Positions 7,743 through 20,346 of a stretch of DNA of 41,334 nt are shown here, piece by piece. The DNA is from Bacilli bacterium. Its GTDB lineage: Bacteria > Bacillota_I > Bacilli_A > RF39 > UBA660. The stretch lies in the NCBI GenBank assembly GCA_022798795.1, contig JAAWNF010000004.1:1-41334 (forward strand), read 5' to 3'. Made by a program: the position numbers and the translations under genes. The notes below the pieces were generated by a model that saw only the letters and a program-made list of their open reading frames with translations, was not told the origin of the DNA and did not search any database. Position 1 is the stretch's first letter. Every line of letters starts with the position of its first letter.

Positions 7743-10196
7743 ATCCTCTACAACGTCTTCAGAGTCTTCCTTTGTTTCACTTTCTTCTTTATCAATAACA
7801 GCCGCTGTAGCTACTTTTTGTTCCTCTTTTAAATTTATCAAACGAACACCTTGTGCTACTCTTCCTGTTTTTGATACTTGTCCTAAAGAAATTCTAATAA
7901 TAATACCACTATCTGTTACTATCATCAAATCCTCTTCTCCATGCACAGAATGGAACGCTACAATACTGCCGTTTTTATCTGTAATATTTAATGCTTTTAC
8001 TCCTTTGCTTCCTCTATGAGTAATTCTATATTCTTCTAAGTCAGTCTGTTTTCCGTATCCTTTTTCTGTGACAATTAAAACTTGTTGATTTGCTTCTGCT
8101 ATTTCTAGTCCTACAGCAATTCCTTCATCCATTTCAATTCCTTTTACTCCTGAAGCACTACGTCCCATAATTCTAATTTCCTTTTCATCAAACCTTATCA
8201 TTCGACCATTTGATGATGCAATTAAAATTTCGTTTTCTCCAGTTGTTTTCTTTACTGAAATGAGTTCATCATCTTCTCTAAGAGAAATTGCTAATTTACC
8301 ATTTGTTCTAATGTTATCAAATTCAGAAAGGGCTGTCCTTTTTACAAGACCTTTTCTCGTACAGAATACCAAATATTTAGAAGTTTCTTCACTGCTCACT
8401 TTTAACATTACATTAATCGTATCATCTTTATCTATCGGCAATAAATTGACTATTGGTAACCCTTTTGATTGTCTACTATATAAAGGAATTTCATATCCTT
8501 TCATCCGATAAACTTTTCCTTTATTCGTAAAGAATAATAAGTAATCATGTGTTGTCATAGAAACCAAATTTTCTACAAAGTCTTCTTCATTTGTTGCCAT
8601 TCCCTTTATTCCTACGCCTCCACGATTTTGCGTTTTATAAGTTTCACTTGTCATTCTTTTTATATACCCTTTATTTGTTAAGGTTATAACAACATCCTCT
8701 ACTGGAATTAAAGATTCATCTTCTATGAAGTCTATTGCTGTCATGTCAATATTAGTACGTCTTTCATCTCCATATTTGTTTTTAATCTCTGTTAATTCTT
8801 CTTTAATAATTGCTAATACTCTTTCTGATTTTTCTAAGATATCTTTTAAATCCGCAATTGTTAATTCTAATTCTGCTAATTCAGATTCTATTTTTTCTCT
8901 TTCCAATCCAGTCAAACGTCTTAATTTCATTTCTAAAATTGCTTTCCCTTGCGTTTCACTAAGACCGAATCTCTCCATTAATTCTTTTAATGCTTCTTCA
9001 TCATTTTTTGATTTTTTCAATAATTGCACAATTTCATCTATATGGTCTAATGCAATTTTTAGTCCTTCTAAAATATGTTCTCTGGCTAATGCTTTATCCA
9101 AATCAAATTGTGTTCTTCTAATTATTACAATTCTTTGATGTTCAATATAAGTTTCTAGTATTTCTTTCAAACTTAATATTCTAGGTTCTTTATTTACTAT
9201 TGCTAGATTATTAATTCCATAAGTTGTTTGAAGTGATGTATGCTTATATAAATTATTTAAAACTACATTTGGATTAGCATCTCTTCTAATCTCTATTACA
9301 ATTCGAATTCCATCTCTGTTTGATTCATCTCGTAAATCCGTAATTCCATCTATCACTTTTTCTCTTACTAGGTCTGCTATTTTACTAATTAATACTGCTT
9401 TATTTATCATATATGGAATTTCATTTACAATAATCTGAGATTTCCCACTTTTTGTTTCATGAATTTCTGCCTTAGAACGTACTGTTATAATGCCTTTTCC
9501 TGTTTCATATGCTTTTCTTATTCCAGCATTTCCTAATATTGTTGCTCCAGTTGGAAAATCTGGTCCTTTAATATATTCCATCAGTTCTACTACTGATAAT
9601 TCAGGATTATCAATTAGTGCAATAATACCATTGATTACTTCTGTTAAATTATGTGGTGGGATATTTGTTGCCATTCCTACTGCTATTCCTGTTGCACCAT
9701 TTACCAAAAGGTTTGGGAAACGAGATGGTAATACACTTGGTTCATTTTCTTCTGCTGTGTAAGTAGGTTCAAAATCTACTGTATTTTTATTGATATCTCG
9801 TACTAATTCCATACTTAATTTTGACATTCTAGCTTCTGTATAACGTTGAGCTGCTGCTCCATCTCCATCTATGGAACCGAAATTACCATGTCCATCTACT
9901 AACATATAACGATATGAGAAATCTTGAGCCATACGTACTAATGCTTCATAAATACTTGAATCTCCATGTGGATGGAAACGTCCCATTACATCTCCAGTAA
10001 TACGTGCTGATTTTTTATGCGCTACATTTGATGTTGCTCCCAAATCGTTCATTCCATAAATTATTCTTCGTTGTACTGGTTTAAGACCATCCCTTACATC
10101 TGGTAACGCACGAGCTACAATAACACTCATTGCATAATCTAAGAAGGATTTTCTAATTTCTTTTTCAAAATGTAAATCTTTTAATATTTCTGCCAT
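7728..10196 (-). CDS. gyrA: DNA gyrase subunit A
   Basis: Motifs [22 protein letters not shown] and AAQRYTEAR, plus the GyrA-box QNRGGVG. Confidence 0.99.
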   Translation of the reverse strand: MAEILKDLHFEKEIRKSFLDYAMSVIVARALPDVRDGLKPVQRRIIYGMNDLGATSNVAHKKSARITGDVMGRFHPHGDSSIYEALVRMAQDFSYRYMLVDGHGNFGSIDGDGAAAQRYTEARMSKLSMELVRDINKNTVDFEPTYTAEENEPSVLPSRFPNLLVNGATGIAVGMATNIPPHNLTEVINGIIALIDNPELSVVELMEYIKGPDFPTGATILGNAGIRKAYETGKGIITVRSKAEIHETKSGKSQIIVNEIPYMINKAVLISKIADLVREKVIDGITDLRDESNRDGIRIVIEIRRDANPNVVLNNLYKHTSLQTTYGINNLAIVNKEPRILSLKEILETYIEHQRIVIIRRTQFDLDKALAREHILEGLKIALDHIDEIVQLLKKSKNDEEALKELMERFGLSETQGKAILEMKLRRLTGLEREKIESELAELELTIADLKDILEKSERVLAIIKEELTEIKNKYGDERRTNIDMTAIDFIEDESLIPVEDVVITLTNKGYIKRMTSETYKTQNRGGVGIKGMATNEEDFVENLVSMTTHDYLLFFTNKGKVYRMKGYEIPLYSRQSKGLPIVNLLPIDKDDTINVMLKVSSEETSKYLVFCTRKGLVKRTALSEFDNIRTNGKLAISLREDDELISVKKTTGENEILIASSNGRMIRFDEKEIRIMGRSASGVKGIEMDEGIAVGLEIAEANQQVLIVTEKGYGKQTDLEEYRITHRGSKGVKALNITDKNGSIVAFHSVHGEEDLMIVTDSGIIIRISLGQVSKTGRVAQGVRLINLKEEQKVATAAVIDKEESETKEDSEDVVEDKPEA

Positions 10197-10209
10197 TTTA
10201 ATTCACCCC

Positions 10210-13261
<3,052 letters not shown>

Positions 13262-13366
13262 GAATTCTCCTCTTTTCCTATTTTTAAGCTCATTATCACA
13301 TTTTTTAGAAAGATATGTACTCCTATACACATCTACTATTATATCATAAATTTGATTAAAATAATA

Positions 13367-13394
13367 AAAAATAAGCCTTAAAAGACTTATTTTA
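13367..13394 (-). terminator. Terminator after comK, followed by an extended -10 (TGATATAAT) for recF
   Basis: Minus strand AAAATAAGTC-ttttaa-GGCTTATTTT-TT. Confidence 0.7.
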
Positions 13395-13841
13395 TGCAAG
13401 TTTTCTTTTTCTAAGAATGGATTCTAATCTTGTTGCTCTTAAAATCTGATTTTCTAATGAACCATATGAAATTTCTAGTTCTAAAGAATTGCCATTTTTG
13501 AAGTAAATAAAAGTTGCACAATCTTTTTTTGTATAATCTTCAATATGATTTAAAGAAATCCAAATGCATTCTTTTATTCTTGGTGATGTTGTTGGAAAAA
13601 AGATTAATTCCATTGTTTCTTCTACTATAATTGGCGATTTATAATTTACTCCAATTAAGTTTTTTGTCCCCTCATGTCTTCCCATATAAGAACTTCCAAA
13701 AAATTTACAACTTTCATCAATAATCTGTGTAGATGATTGATTGACTAAAAAGCTATCTTCCAGTTCGATAATTTTTGATGTTGTTTGGTCTACTGGAACA
13801 ATTGCTACTGTGGCAGAATTAATTTCATAATTCTGTTTCAT
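13392..13841 (-). CDS. comK: Competence transcription factor ComK family protein
   Basis: YEINSAT...IIDESCKFFGSSYMGRHEGTK...KSPII...IFFPTTSP...CIWISLNHI is the ComK signature. RBS AGGAGGG. Confidence 0.9.
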   Translation of the reverse strand: MKQNYEINSATVAIVPVDQTTSKIIELEDSFLVNQSSTQIIDESCKFFGSSYMGRHEGTKNLIGVNYKSPIIVEETMELIFFPTTSPRIKECIWISLNHIEDYTKKDCATFIYFKNGNSLELEISYGSLENQILRATRLESILRKRKLA

Positions 13842-13952
13842 AAAATCCCCTCCTAAAGATATTCTTCTATAAAAGAACCTCTTTGTCCTATCTTATAACA
13901 CTATATTTTGTCAAATTTTGTAGAAAAAAGTCGAATTTGTTCTAAAAATAGC

Positions 13953-13983
13953 AAAAAAAAAGAAAATTTGATAATTTTCCTTT
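13953..13983 (-). terminator. Terminator after dnaN
   Basis: Minus strand GGAAAATT-atca-AATTTTCT followed by a long U-tract. Confidence 0.6.
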
Positions 13984-15103
13984 AATAAGTCCTAATTGGT
14001 AATATCAATTGAATTAAGTCCTCTACTTCTGGATTCTTAATTATAATTGGTTTTATTTCCCCATTAAATAATAATTGCACATCTTCTGCATCAAATGATT
14101 TTAAAGCTTCCATCATATACTTAGAACTGAATGCAATACTGATTTCTTCCTCTTTATTTTTTATTATTTCTACTCTATCTTCTACATTTCCAATTTCTGG
14201 AATATTAGAAGATATGATTGCTACATCACTTTTTGTGGAAAGTTTAATGGTATTTTTATCTGCTTCATTTGTTAATAATGAGGCTCTATCAATTGAATTA
14301 TACAGATTTGAAAGGTTTACTTTAAAATCCATTGAAAATTCTGTTGGAATTAGTTTAGATGTATCTGGATACTGTCCATTAATTAATCTAGACATCAAAA
14401 TAATGGTATCAAATTTAAATATAATTTTATTATTAAAAATGTGTAATTCTACATCCTCTTCTTCTTCATCAAATAAACGAATTAATTCATTTAGATTTTT
14501 TGTTGGAACTATAATATTGATGTTTTCTGTTAAACTTGTGGATAACTCTATTTTCTTTTTTGCTAATCTATAAGAATCAGTTGCTGTACATTCTAAGATA
14601 TTTCCCTCTATTTTAAAGTTAATACCAGTTAAAACAGGTCTAGATTCTTGAGTTGATGTTGCGAATGAAGTTTGATTAATAATTGTTTTAAACAATTTTT
14701 TAGCTATTGTAATTGGTGTTTTATTATCTTCTAATTCTAAATCAGGAAATTCAGATGCATTATTACAATTTAATGTAAATGAAGAATTAGTTGTTGTAAT
14801 ATAGATTTTAGAATCCATTACTTCTTCTATACTGATTAAGTCATTTGGAAGTTTTCTAACAATTTCATAAATATATTTTCCAGATACAACAATATCTCCA
14901 GTAATTTCAATATTTTCAATATCTTTTTTATCAATAAATGTTTTAATAGCAATTTCATTATCTGTACTCATTAAATATAATCCATCAGAAGTTAGTTCAA
15001 ATTTAATACAATTTAAAATTGGGATTAAATTCTTACTTGATATTCCTTTTATTACATAATTTAAATGTTTTAATAATATGTTTTGTTTGATTAATAGTTT
15101 CAT
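13982..15103 (-). CDS. dnaN: DNA polymerase III beta clamp
   Basis: Motifs ESRPVLTG, ATDSYRLA and SRLINGQYPD; C-terminal LILPIRTY. Confidence 0.99.
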   Translation of the reverse strand: MKLLIKQNILLKHLNYVIKGISSKNLIPILNCIKFELTSDGLYLMSTDNEIAIKTFIDKKDIENIEITGDIVVSGKYIYEIVRKLPNDLISIEEVMDSKIYITTTNSSFTLNCNNASEFPDLELEDNKTPITIAKKLFKTIINQTSFATSTQESRPVLTGINFKIEGNILECTATDSYRLAKKKIELSTSLTENINIIVPTKNLNELIRLFDEEEEDVELHIFNNKIIFKFDTIILMSRLINGQYPDTSKLIPTEFSMDFKVNLSNLYNSIDRASLLTNEADKNTIKLSTKSDVAIISSNIPEIGNVEDRVEIIKNKEEEISIAFSSKYMMEALKSFDAEDVQLLFNGEIKPIIIKNPEVEDLIQLILPIRTY

Positions 15104-15109
15104 ATAAAT

Positions 15110-15260
15110 CCTTCTTTCTTTATTCTTATTTTTATACTTATTATTCTTATTATTGGTGTGGAATCTGTGGAAAAGTGTAAAATGCTTTACAAAATCTTAG
15201 AAAATGTAAATTTTTAAGCTGTGGATAATGAAAAATGTAAACTGATATTTTCCACACATA
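15110..15260. promoter_or_regulatory. oriC: oriC dnaA-dnaN element: DnaA boxes plus DnaA-trio-like unwinding region
   Basis: Boxes TGTGGATAA 15220-15228, TTTTCCACA 15248-15256, and tandem TGTGGAATC/TGTGGAAAA 15157-15174. These are adjacent to (TTA/TTC)n repeats at 15138-15154 and an AT-rich tract. Gene strand and purine bias switch around dnaA. Confidence 0.85.
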
Positions 15261-15264
15261 TCCA

Positions 15265-16617
15265 TTATCTTATTTGATTTATTATCTTATTTATTTCTTT
15301 TTCCAAATTTACGTCGTTTTTAATTTCTTTTTTTATTTTGTCAACTGAATGCATAACGGTTGTATGGTCTTTTCCACCAAATTCTATTCCAATTTTAGGT
15401 AAAGATTCTTCTAATACTGTTCTACATATATACATTGCGATTTGTCTTGGAACCGCAATTTTGGCGACTCGTTTTTTGCTTTTCATTTCTTCTACTGTAA
15501 TATTATAATTACTAGCAACTAGTTGCAATACCTGCTCTACTTTGCTTTTTGATATGATACTTTTTACAAAATAGTCTTTTAATGCGTCAACAGCTAAATC
15601 TAAAGTGATATCAGAACCATTCATAATTGTTGCATAAGCGAATATTCTAGTAATGGCTCCTTCTAGCTTTCGAATGTCAGAAGTGCAATTACTAGCAATA
15701 TATTCTTTCACTTCTTGTGGAAAAGGTTTTGCCATATCATGTCCTTCTATTTTCTTATCAATGATATCCATACGAAGTTTAAAGTCAGGTGGTAGAATAT
15801 CAATGGTAAGTCCCCAGTTAAATCTCGTGCGAAGGCGTTCTTCTAATTTTTTTAAGTCATCTGGAGAACGGTCAGAGGAAATGATGATTTGTTTGTTATT
15901 GCAATGTAATTCATTAAAAGTATTAAAGAATTCTTGTTGCGTTTTACTTGCAATTTCTAAATATTGTATATCATCTATCATGAGAACATCTATTTCCCGA
16001 TATTTCTTTTTAAATTTTTCAACAGTTTCAAAGTTTGTTTCTTCATTATTTTTTCTATAAATGTTTAAAAAGTCATCAACAAATTTTTCACTTGTTACGT
16101 ATAGAACTTTTTTATGTGTCGTTTTATAAATATAGTTTCCGATAGCATGCATTAAATGTGTTTTTCCTAGTCCACTGCTTCCATATATAAAAAGTGGATT
16201 ATACATGAAGCCAGGTTGTTCTGCTACGGCAATAGAAGTGGCTTTTGCAAATTTATTACTCTCCCCTACTATAAAATTTTCAAATGTATATCTTGGGTCC
16301 AAATTTGATTCAAAAGTTGGGTCTTCATTGGCATTCGTATTGCCAGAAGCAATATTCACATTATTTTCTAAGTCTTCTTCAATAAAAAATTCAAATTTGA
16401 AATTAGAACCTGCAACTTCAGTGAATATTTCTTCAATGATATCATTGTAATTTTCTTTCAAATGTTTTTTATGTACTGGCATTGGAACCAATACTTTTGC
16501 GCTATTCCCTTTTAATTCTAACAGTTTTGTTTCTGAAAACCATGTTTCATATAACATTGGAGAAAGATTTTCCTTTATTTTCTCAAGAAACATGTTCCAG
16601 ATGGTGTCCAAATTCAT
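15265..16617 (-). CDS. dnaA: Chromosomal replication initiator DnaA
   Basis: Motifs YNPLFIYGSSGLGKTHL, IDDIQ, RLRTRF and GGKDHTTVMHS. Start is ATG 16617 or 16638; both follow GGGGTG. Confidence 0.99.
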   Translation of the reverse strand: MNLDTIWNMFLEKIKENLSPMLYETWFSETKLLELKGNSAKVLVPMPVHKKHLKENYNDIIEEIFTEVAGSNFKFEFFIEEDLENNVNIASGNTNANEDPTFESNLDPRYTFENFIVGESNKFAKATSIAVAEQPGFMYNPLFIYGSSGLGKTHLMHAIGNYIYKTTHKKVLYVTSEKFVDDFLNIYRKNNEETNFETVEKFKKKYREIDVLMIDDIQYLEIASKTQQEFFNTFNELHCNNKQIIISSDRSPDDLKKLEERLRTRFNWGLTIDILPPDFKLRMDIIDKKIEGHDMAKPFPQEVKEYIASNCTSDIRKLEGAITRIFAYATIMNGSDITLDLAVDALKDYFVKSIISKSKVEQVLQLVASNYNITVEEMKSKKRVAKIAVPRQIAMYICRTVLEESLPKIGIEFGGKDHTTVMHSVDKIKKEIKNDVNLEKEINKIINQIR

Positions 16618-16659
16618 GAATAGCACCCCCACTTCCATAAATACACCCCTATTTTACAA

Positions 16660-16945
16660 TATTTTTATGGGAAATAAAAGCAAAAATCTAAAAAAGTGTG
16701 GAAAAAAAGCGAGTTTTTAAATTCCACAACTTTTTCCCCTATTTTTTCTATTGAAAACCAATTATTTCCCAACTTATACACAGTACCTGTGGAAAACTCT
16801 TACACATAATATTTCCCAAGTGGATTAATTATTCACAATTATGTGGAAAAACAAACTTTAAATAGGAATTTTAGAAGAGTGAGTTGTTGAAAAATATGTT
16901 AATTATGAAAAAATCTTGGGAAATAATTGAAAAATATCCACCATA
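16660..16945. promoter_or_regulatory. oriC: oriC upstream DnaA-box cluster / dnaA promoter region
   Basis: TTATACACA 16774-16782, TTATTCACA 16829-16837, TGTGGAAAA at 16697, 16788 and 16842, and AATTCCACA ~16720. Confidence 0.85.
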
Positions 16946-16948
16946 TTG

Positions 16949-16977
16949 TTGACAACAAAAGTTATTTTTAGTAAGAT
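16949..16977 (+). promoter_or_regulatory. sigmaA promoter for ORF 16996
   Basis: TTGACA-17nt-TAAGAT. Confidence 0.65.
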
Positions 16978-16995
16978 AAGCCCTGGTGATTTTTT

Positions 16996-17601
16996 ATGGA
17001 ACGAAAATTAGATGATATAGAACTAGAAGAATTTGTACATTTTCATATAGACCAAACAACTTTAATTGTTAGAACGAATTCAGAAACAATATCTTATTCA
17101 TATCCAAATTCGTTAGAGTTATTAAGAAGAATAGGGTATTTATTACATCGTTATGAAGTAGAATACAATAGAAAAGAGGAACAAACAAAAGCAGTATCTA
17201 AAGTTCCTTTAACTCCAATTCAAAAAGAATGTCAAAAGCGATTATTGATAGGTCGTAATATTGTTTTTGGAACATATTTTGTTTATATACTACTAACTAT
17301 GTTATTTCCCAATATAACTCCCTTTTTATTTAATATATTTTTGGTAATTGATGGAGCAGCATTAATAACTGGAATAAAGAATGCAAGTATAATAAGAAGT
17401 GAGGCATTAAAGCAGGAAGAAACGAAACAAAATAATCAATCACAATTAGAAAAAGGTTTTGAGTCACTAAAAGAAACTGCACTTTCTTATTTAAATAAAA
17501 TAATGAAAGATAATACAAAATTTACTGTGGAGGAAAAACATTACATAGAAGTAATAGAAAAAGGATTTCAAAAAAGAATTGGTACTTATCCACAACAATA
17601 G
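16996..17601 (+). CDS. Hypothetical membrane protein (two TM helices flanked by charged regions)
   Basis: 201-aa ORF with its own promoter and a GGTGA RBS. Hydrophobic stretches IVFGTYFVYILLTMLF and FLFNIFLVIDGAALITGI. No family recognised. Confidence 0.75.
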   Translation: MERKLDDIELEEFVHFHIDQTTLIVRTNSETISYSYPNSLELLRRIGYLLHRYEVEYNRKEEQTKAVSKVPLTPIQKECQKRLLIGRNIVFGTYFVYILLTMLFPNITPFLFNIFLVIDGAALITGIKNASIIRSEALKQEETKQNNQSQLEKGFESLKETALSYLNKIMKDNTKFTVEEKHYIEVIEKGFQKRIGTYPQQ

Positions 17602-17631
17602 TTTGACAAAAAAGAGTTTTCTCTATATAAT
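17586..17631 (+). promoter_or_regulatory. rpmH promoter with adjacent perfect DnaA box
   Basis: TTATCCACA 17586-17594; TTGACA 17603-17608 -17nt- TATAAT 17626-17631. Confidence 0.85.
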
Positions 17632-17673
17632 GTTAAAAGCAACCAAAATTAGAAAAGTTCAGGAGGTGTTAAG

Positions 17674-17796
17674 ATGAAAAGAACATATCAACCAAATAGT
17701 AGAAGAAGAAGTAAAAAAATGGGTTTTTTAGCACGTATGAAAACAAAAATGATTAATAGCCGAAGAAGAAAAGGACGTAAAGTATTAGCTCATTAA
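17674..17796 (+). CDS. rpmH: 50S ribosomal protein L34 (40 aa, below the ORF-track cutoff)
   Basis: AGGAGGT RBS; translation [40 protein letters not shown]. Confidence 0.96.
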   Translation: MKRTYQPNSRRRSKKMGFLARMKTKMINSRRRKGRKVLAH

Positions 17797-17806
17797 TAAC
17801 TAGCTT

Positions 17807-17834
17807 AACACCACTGATAAGTTCAGTGGTGTTT
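17807..17834 (+). terminator. Hairpin between rpmH and rnpA
   Basis: AACACCACTGA-taagt-TCAGTGGTGTT-T; short U-tract, probably leaky. Confidence 0.7.
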
Positions 17835-17864
17835 CATTATCTTAAAGTAGGAGTAGGGAAGCTT

Positions 17865-18203
17865 ATGAAAAAAATAAATATCTTAAAGAAAAATGAAGAT
17901 TTTAATAGAATAATTGCTTCTATAAAACCATATAAATATAAAGATTATATTATATATAAGGAAAAACATAATTTTGGAATTTCTCATTTTGGAATATCCG
18001 TTGGAAAAAAAGTAGGGAACGCAGTTACTCGAAATCATATAAAAAGGCAATTAAAAAATATAATTGACCAAATTCCCTATAAAAATAACTTTAATTGTAT
18101 TATAATAGTGAGGAAAGGAATTATTGGGAAATCATTTTTAGAAATGAAAAATGATTTAACAGAAGCAATGAAACAAGTACATATATTGGAGGAAAATGAA
18201 TGA
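17865..18203 (+). CDS. rnpA: Ribonuclease P protein component
   Basis: Motifs LKKNEDF and FGISVGKKVGNAVTRNHIKRQL. Start at ATG 17865. Confidence 0.96.
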   Translation: MKKINILKKNEDFNRIIASIKPYKYKDYIIYKEKHNFGISHFGISVGKKVGNAVTRNHIKRQLKNIIDQIPYKNNFNCIIIVRKGIIGKSFLEMKNDLTEAMKQVHILEENE

Positions 18204-19147
18204 AGAAAAAAAAATTAATATTAATTATGATGTTATGTGCAATCACATTATCAGCAACAGGATGTACAACACTTTTAAAAGATGAAAAAGGGAAGGCTGT
18301 TCAAAATCCTGTAACTGGCCAAAATCTTCCTAAAAACATTTTATGTAGACCAGAATCTAAAAAAACAATTGAAGTATATGAAGATAATAAAATAGAATTA
18401 AATAAGTTGCCAAAATGTTCAGAGTTTGTTCCTGCTTCAGGAGGTTATGAAGGAATCTGGACAACCATATTTGTAAAACCACTAGCATGGATAATTATTC
18501 AAATTGGTAAAATTGTAAAAAATTATGGATTAGCAGTTATTTTAATTACTTTGTTAATTCGTATGATTATGTTTCCATTAACACAAAAGTCTGCAGTGCA
18601 ATCGGAAAATTTAAAATTAGCAAAGCCAGAACTGGATAAATTAGAAAAAAAATATAAAAACCGTCAAGACCAAGAAGCTATGATGCAAAAGAGTCAAGAA
18701 ATGCTGGTTATTTATAAAAAATATAAAATTAATCCTATGGCTGGATGCCTATATGCATTTATTCAATTACCATTATTTTTGGCATTCTATGAAGCACTTA
18801 ATAGATTACCACTGATTTTTGAAGGAAGTTTCTTAGGACTTCATTTAGGAATGACTCCGTTAACAGGAATTACATCTGGAAGAATTTATTATATTATCAT
18901 TGTTATATTAGTTGGTTTGGTAACATATTACTCATTTAAATTGAATAGTGGTGCGAGTATGAGTGAAGACCAAGCAAAACAAATGAAGATGATGACAAAT
19001 ATTATGACAGGTGTCATTACATTAAGTTCATTAACAATATCAAGTGCAATTGGGTTATATTGGATTACCAATAGTGGATTTACAATTGTACAAAACTTAA
19101 TTGTAAAAAGGAGAAAAAATAATGGAAAAGATAGTAATAGAAGATAA
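18200..19147 (+). CDS. yidC: Membrane protein insertase YidC/SpoIIIJ (lipoprotein signal)
   Basis: Lipobox SATGC; motifs YGLAVILITLLIR, INPMAGCL, IQLP and LYWIT. Confidence 0.95.
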   Translation: MKKKKLILIMMLCAITLSATGCTTLLKDEKGKAVQNPVTGQNLPKNILCRPESKKTIEVYEDNKIELNKLPKCSEFVPASGGYEGIWTTIFVKPLAWIIIQIGKIVKNYGLAVILITLLIRMIMFPLTQKSAVQSENLKLAKPELDKLEKKYKNRQDQEAMMQKSQEMLVIYKKYKINPMAGCLYAFIQLPLFLAFYEALNRLPLIFEGSFLGLHLGMTPLTGITSGRIYYIIIVILVGLVTYYSFKLNSGASMSEDQAKQMKMMTNIMTGVITLSSLTISSAIGLYWITNSGFTIVQNLIVKRRKNNGKDSNRR

Positions 19148-19727
19148 AGAAAAAGAGAATGCTTATAAAAAAATAGAAGAATTTGCTTCTTTAGCAGATT
19201 TATATTATAGAGAAACGATTGAAGAGGGGAAACTATTCAAAAGTGGAAAATGTAAAATAGAAGCGATTAAAAAAGAAGATGTAAAACAATATATAAAAGA
19301 ATTTTTAAGTAAAATAGGGGAATTAATGCAAATAGAACTTCATTCAGAAATTAGAATGGACGAAGATGTGATAAACGTGAGTATTATTTCTGACAATAGT
19401 CCTATTTTAATAGGAAAAGAAGGAAAGAACTTAGATGCATTACAAACTTTATTAAGACAAACTATAAAGAATCAAACAGATATGTTAATAAAAATAAATT
19501 TAGATGCCTCTGATTACAAATTAAAAAAACAGAAACGTTTAGAAAGAGAAATAAAAAATATAGCACGTGAAGTATTAAAAACTAGAATAGATGCCAAATT
19601 AGACCCAATGAACGCTTTTGATAGAAGGATTGTCCATTCTGTTATTAGTACTTATGATAATTTAGAGACAGAAAGTTTAGGAGAGGCTCCAAATCGTTAT
19701 GTCACAATTAAATATAAAGAAAATTAG
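19122..19727 (+). CDS. jag: Jag/KhpB/EloR RNA-binding protein (KH + R3H)
   Basis: Motifs ILIGKEGKNLDALQ, PMNAFDRRIVH and SLGEAPNRYV. Confidence 0.93.
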   Translation: MEKIVIEDKEKENAYKKIEEFASLADLYYRETIEEGKLFKSGKCKIEAIKKEDVKQYIKEFLSKIGELMQIELHSEIRMDEDVINVSIISDNSPILIGKEGKNLDALQTLLRQTIKNQTDMLIKINLDASDYKLKKQKRLEREIKNIAREVLKTRIDAKLDPMNAFDRRIVHSVISTYDNLETESLGEAPNRYVTIKYKEN

Positions 19728-19750
19728 AGACCACAAAGGTTTCTTTTTTT
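19727..19750 (+). terminator. Terminator after jag
   Basis: AGAGACC-acaaa-GGTTTCT-TTTTTT. Confidence 0.75.
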
Positions 19751-19802
19751 GAATTGACTAAATAAAACACTTATAGTAGAATACAAAAGAAGGAGACTAA
19801 AT

Positions 19803-20342
19803 ATGGCAAAAAAAAATATAGAAAATTATTTAGTATCAGGGAATGAATATTATGAAATTGTCAAAGAAATATTGGAAAGTGCAGAATTTCAAAAACGAAA
19901 AACTTATCTGCATCATGAGAATTGTACCGTTTATGAACATTGTCTAATGGTTTCTTTTTTATCATATTTGTGGGCTAAAAAGTGGAAATGTGATTATAAA
20001 AGTGCAGCTATAGGTGGATTACTACATGATTTTTATGATAAACCATGGCAAACGAATGCTCCTAAATCTTCTGTAAAAAAGAAAACAAAATTCTTAAAAC
20101 AACATGGATTTGTTCATGCAGGGGAGGCTGTTGCAAATTCGTATCGATATTTCCCAACCTTAATGAATCAAAAAGTAGAAAATATTATTCGAAGGCATAT
20201 GTTTCCTTTGAATATTTGTCCACCTAGATATAAAGAAGCCTGGATAATTACTTGTGTGGATAAGTATGTATCAATGGATGTTTTAAAAAATCCTAAAGTA
20301 TGGCCAAAATATTTAGGATTAGGAAAAAAAGAAAAGAAGTGA
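19803..20342 (+). CDS. HD-domain phosphohydrolase
   Basis: Motifs HH...EHC, GGLLHDF, H..., IRRHMFPL and CVDKY. Own promoter TTGACT-17-TAGAAT at 19754-19782. Confidence 0.85.
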   Translation: MAKKNIENYLVSGNEYYEIVKEILESAEFQKRKTYLHHENCTVYEHCLMVSFLSYLWAKKWKCDYKSAAIGGLLHDFYDKPWQTNAPKSSVKKKTKFLKQHGFVHAGEAVANSYRYFPTLMNQKVENIIRRHMFPLNICPPRYKEAWIITCVDKYVSMDVLKNPKVWPKYLGLGKKEKK

Positions 20343-20346
20343 GAAA

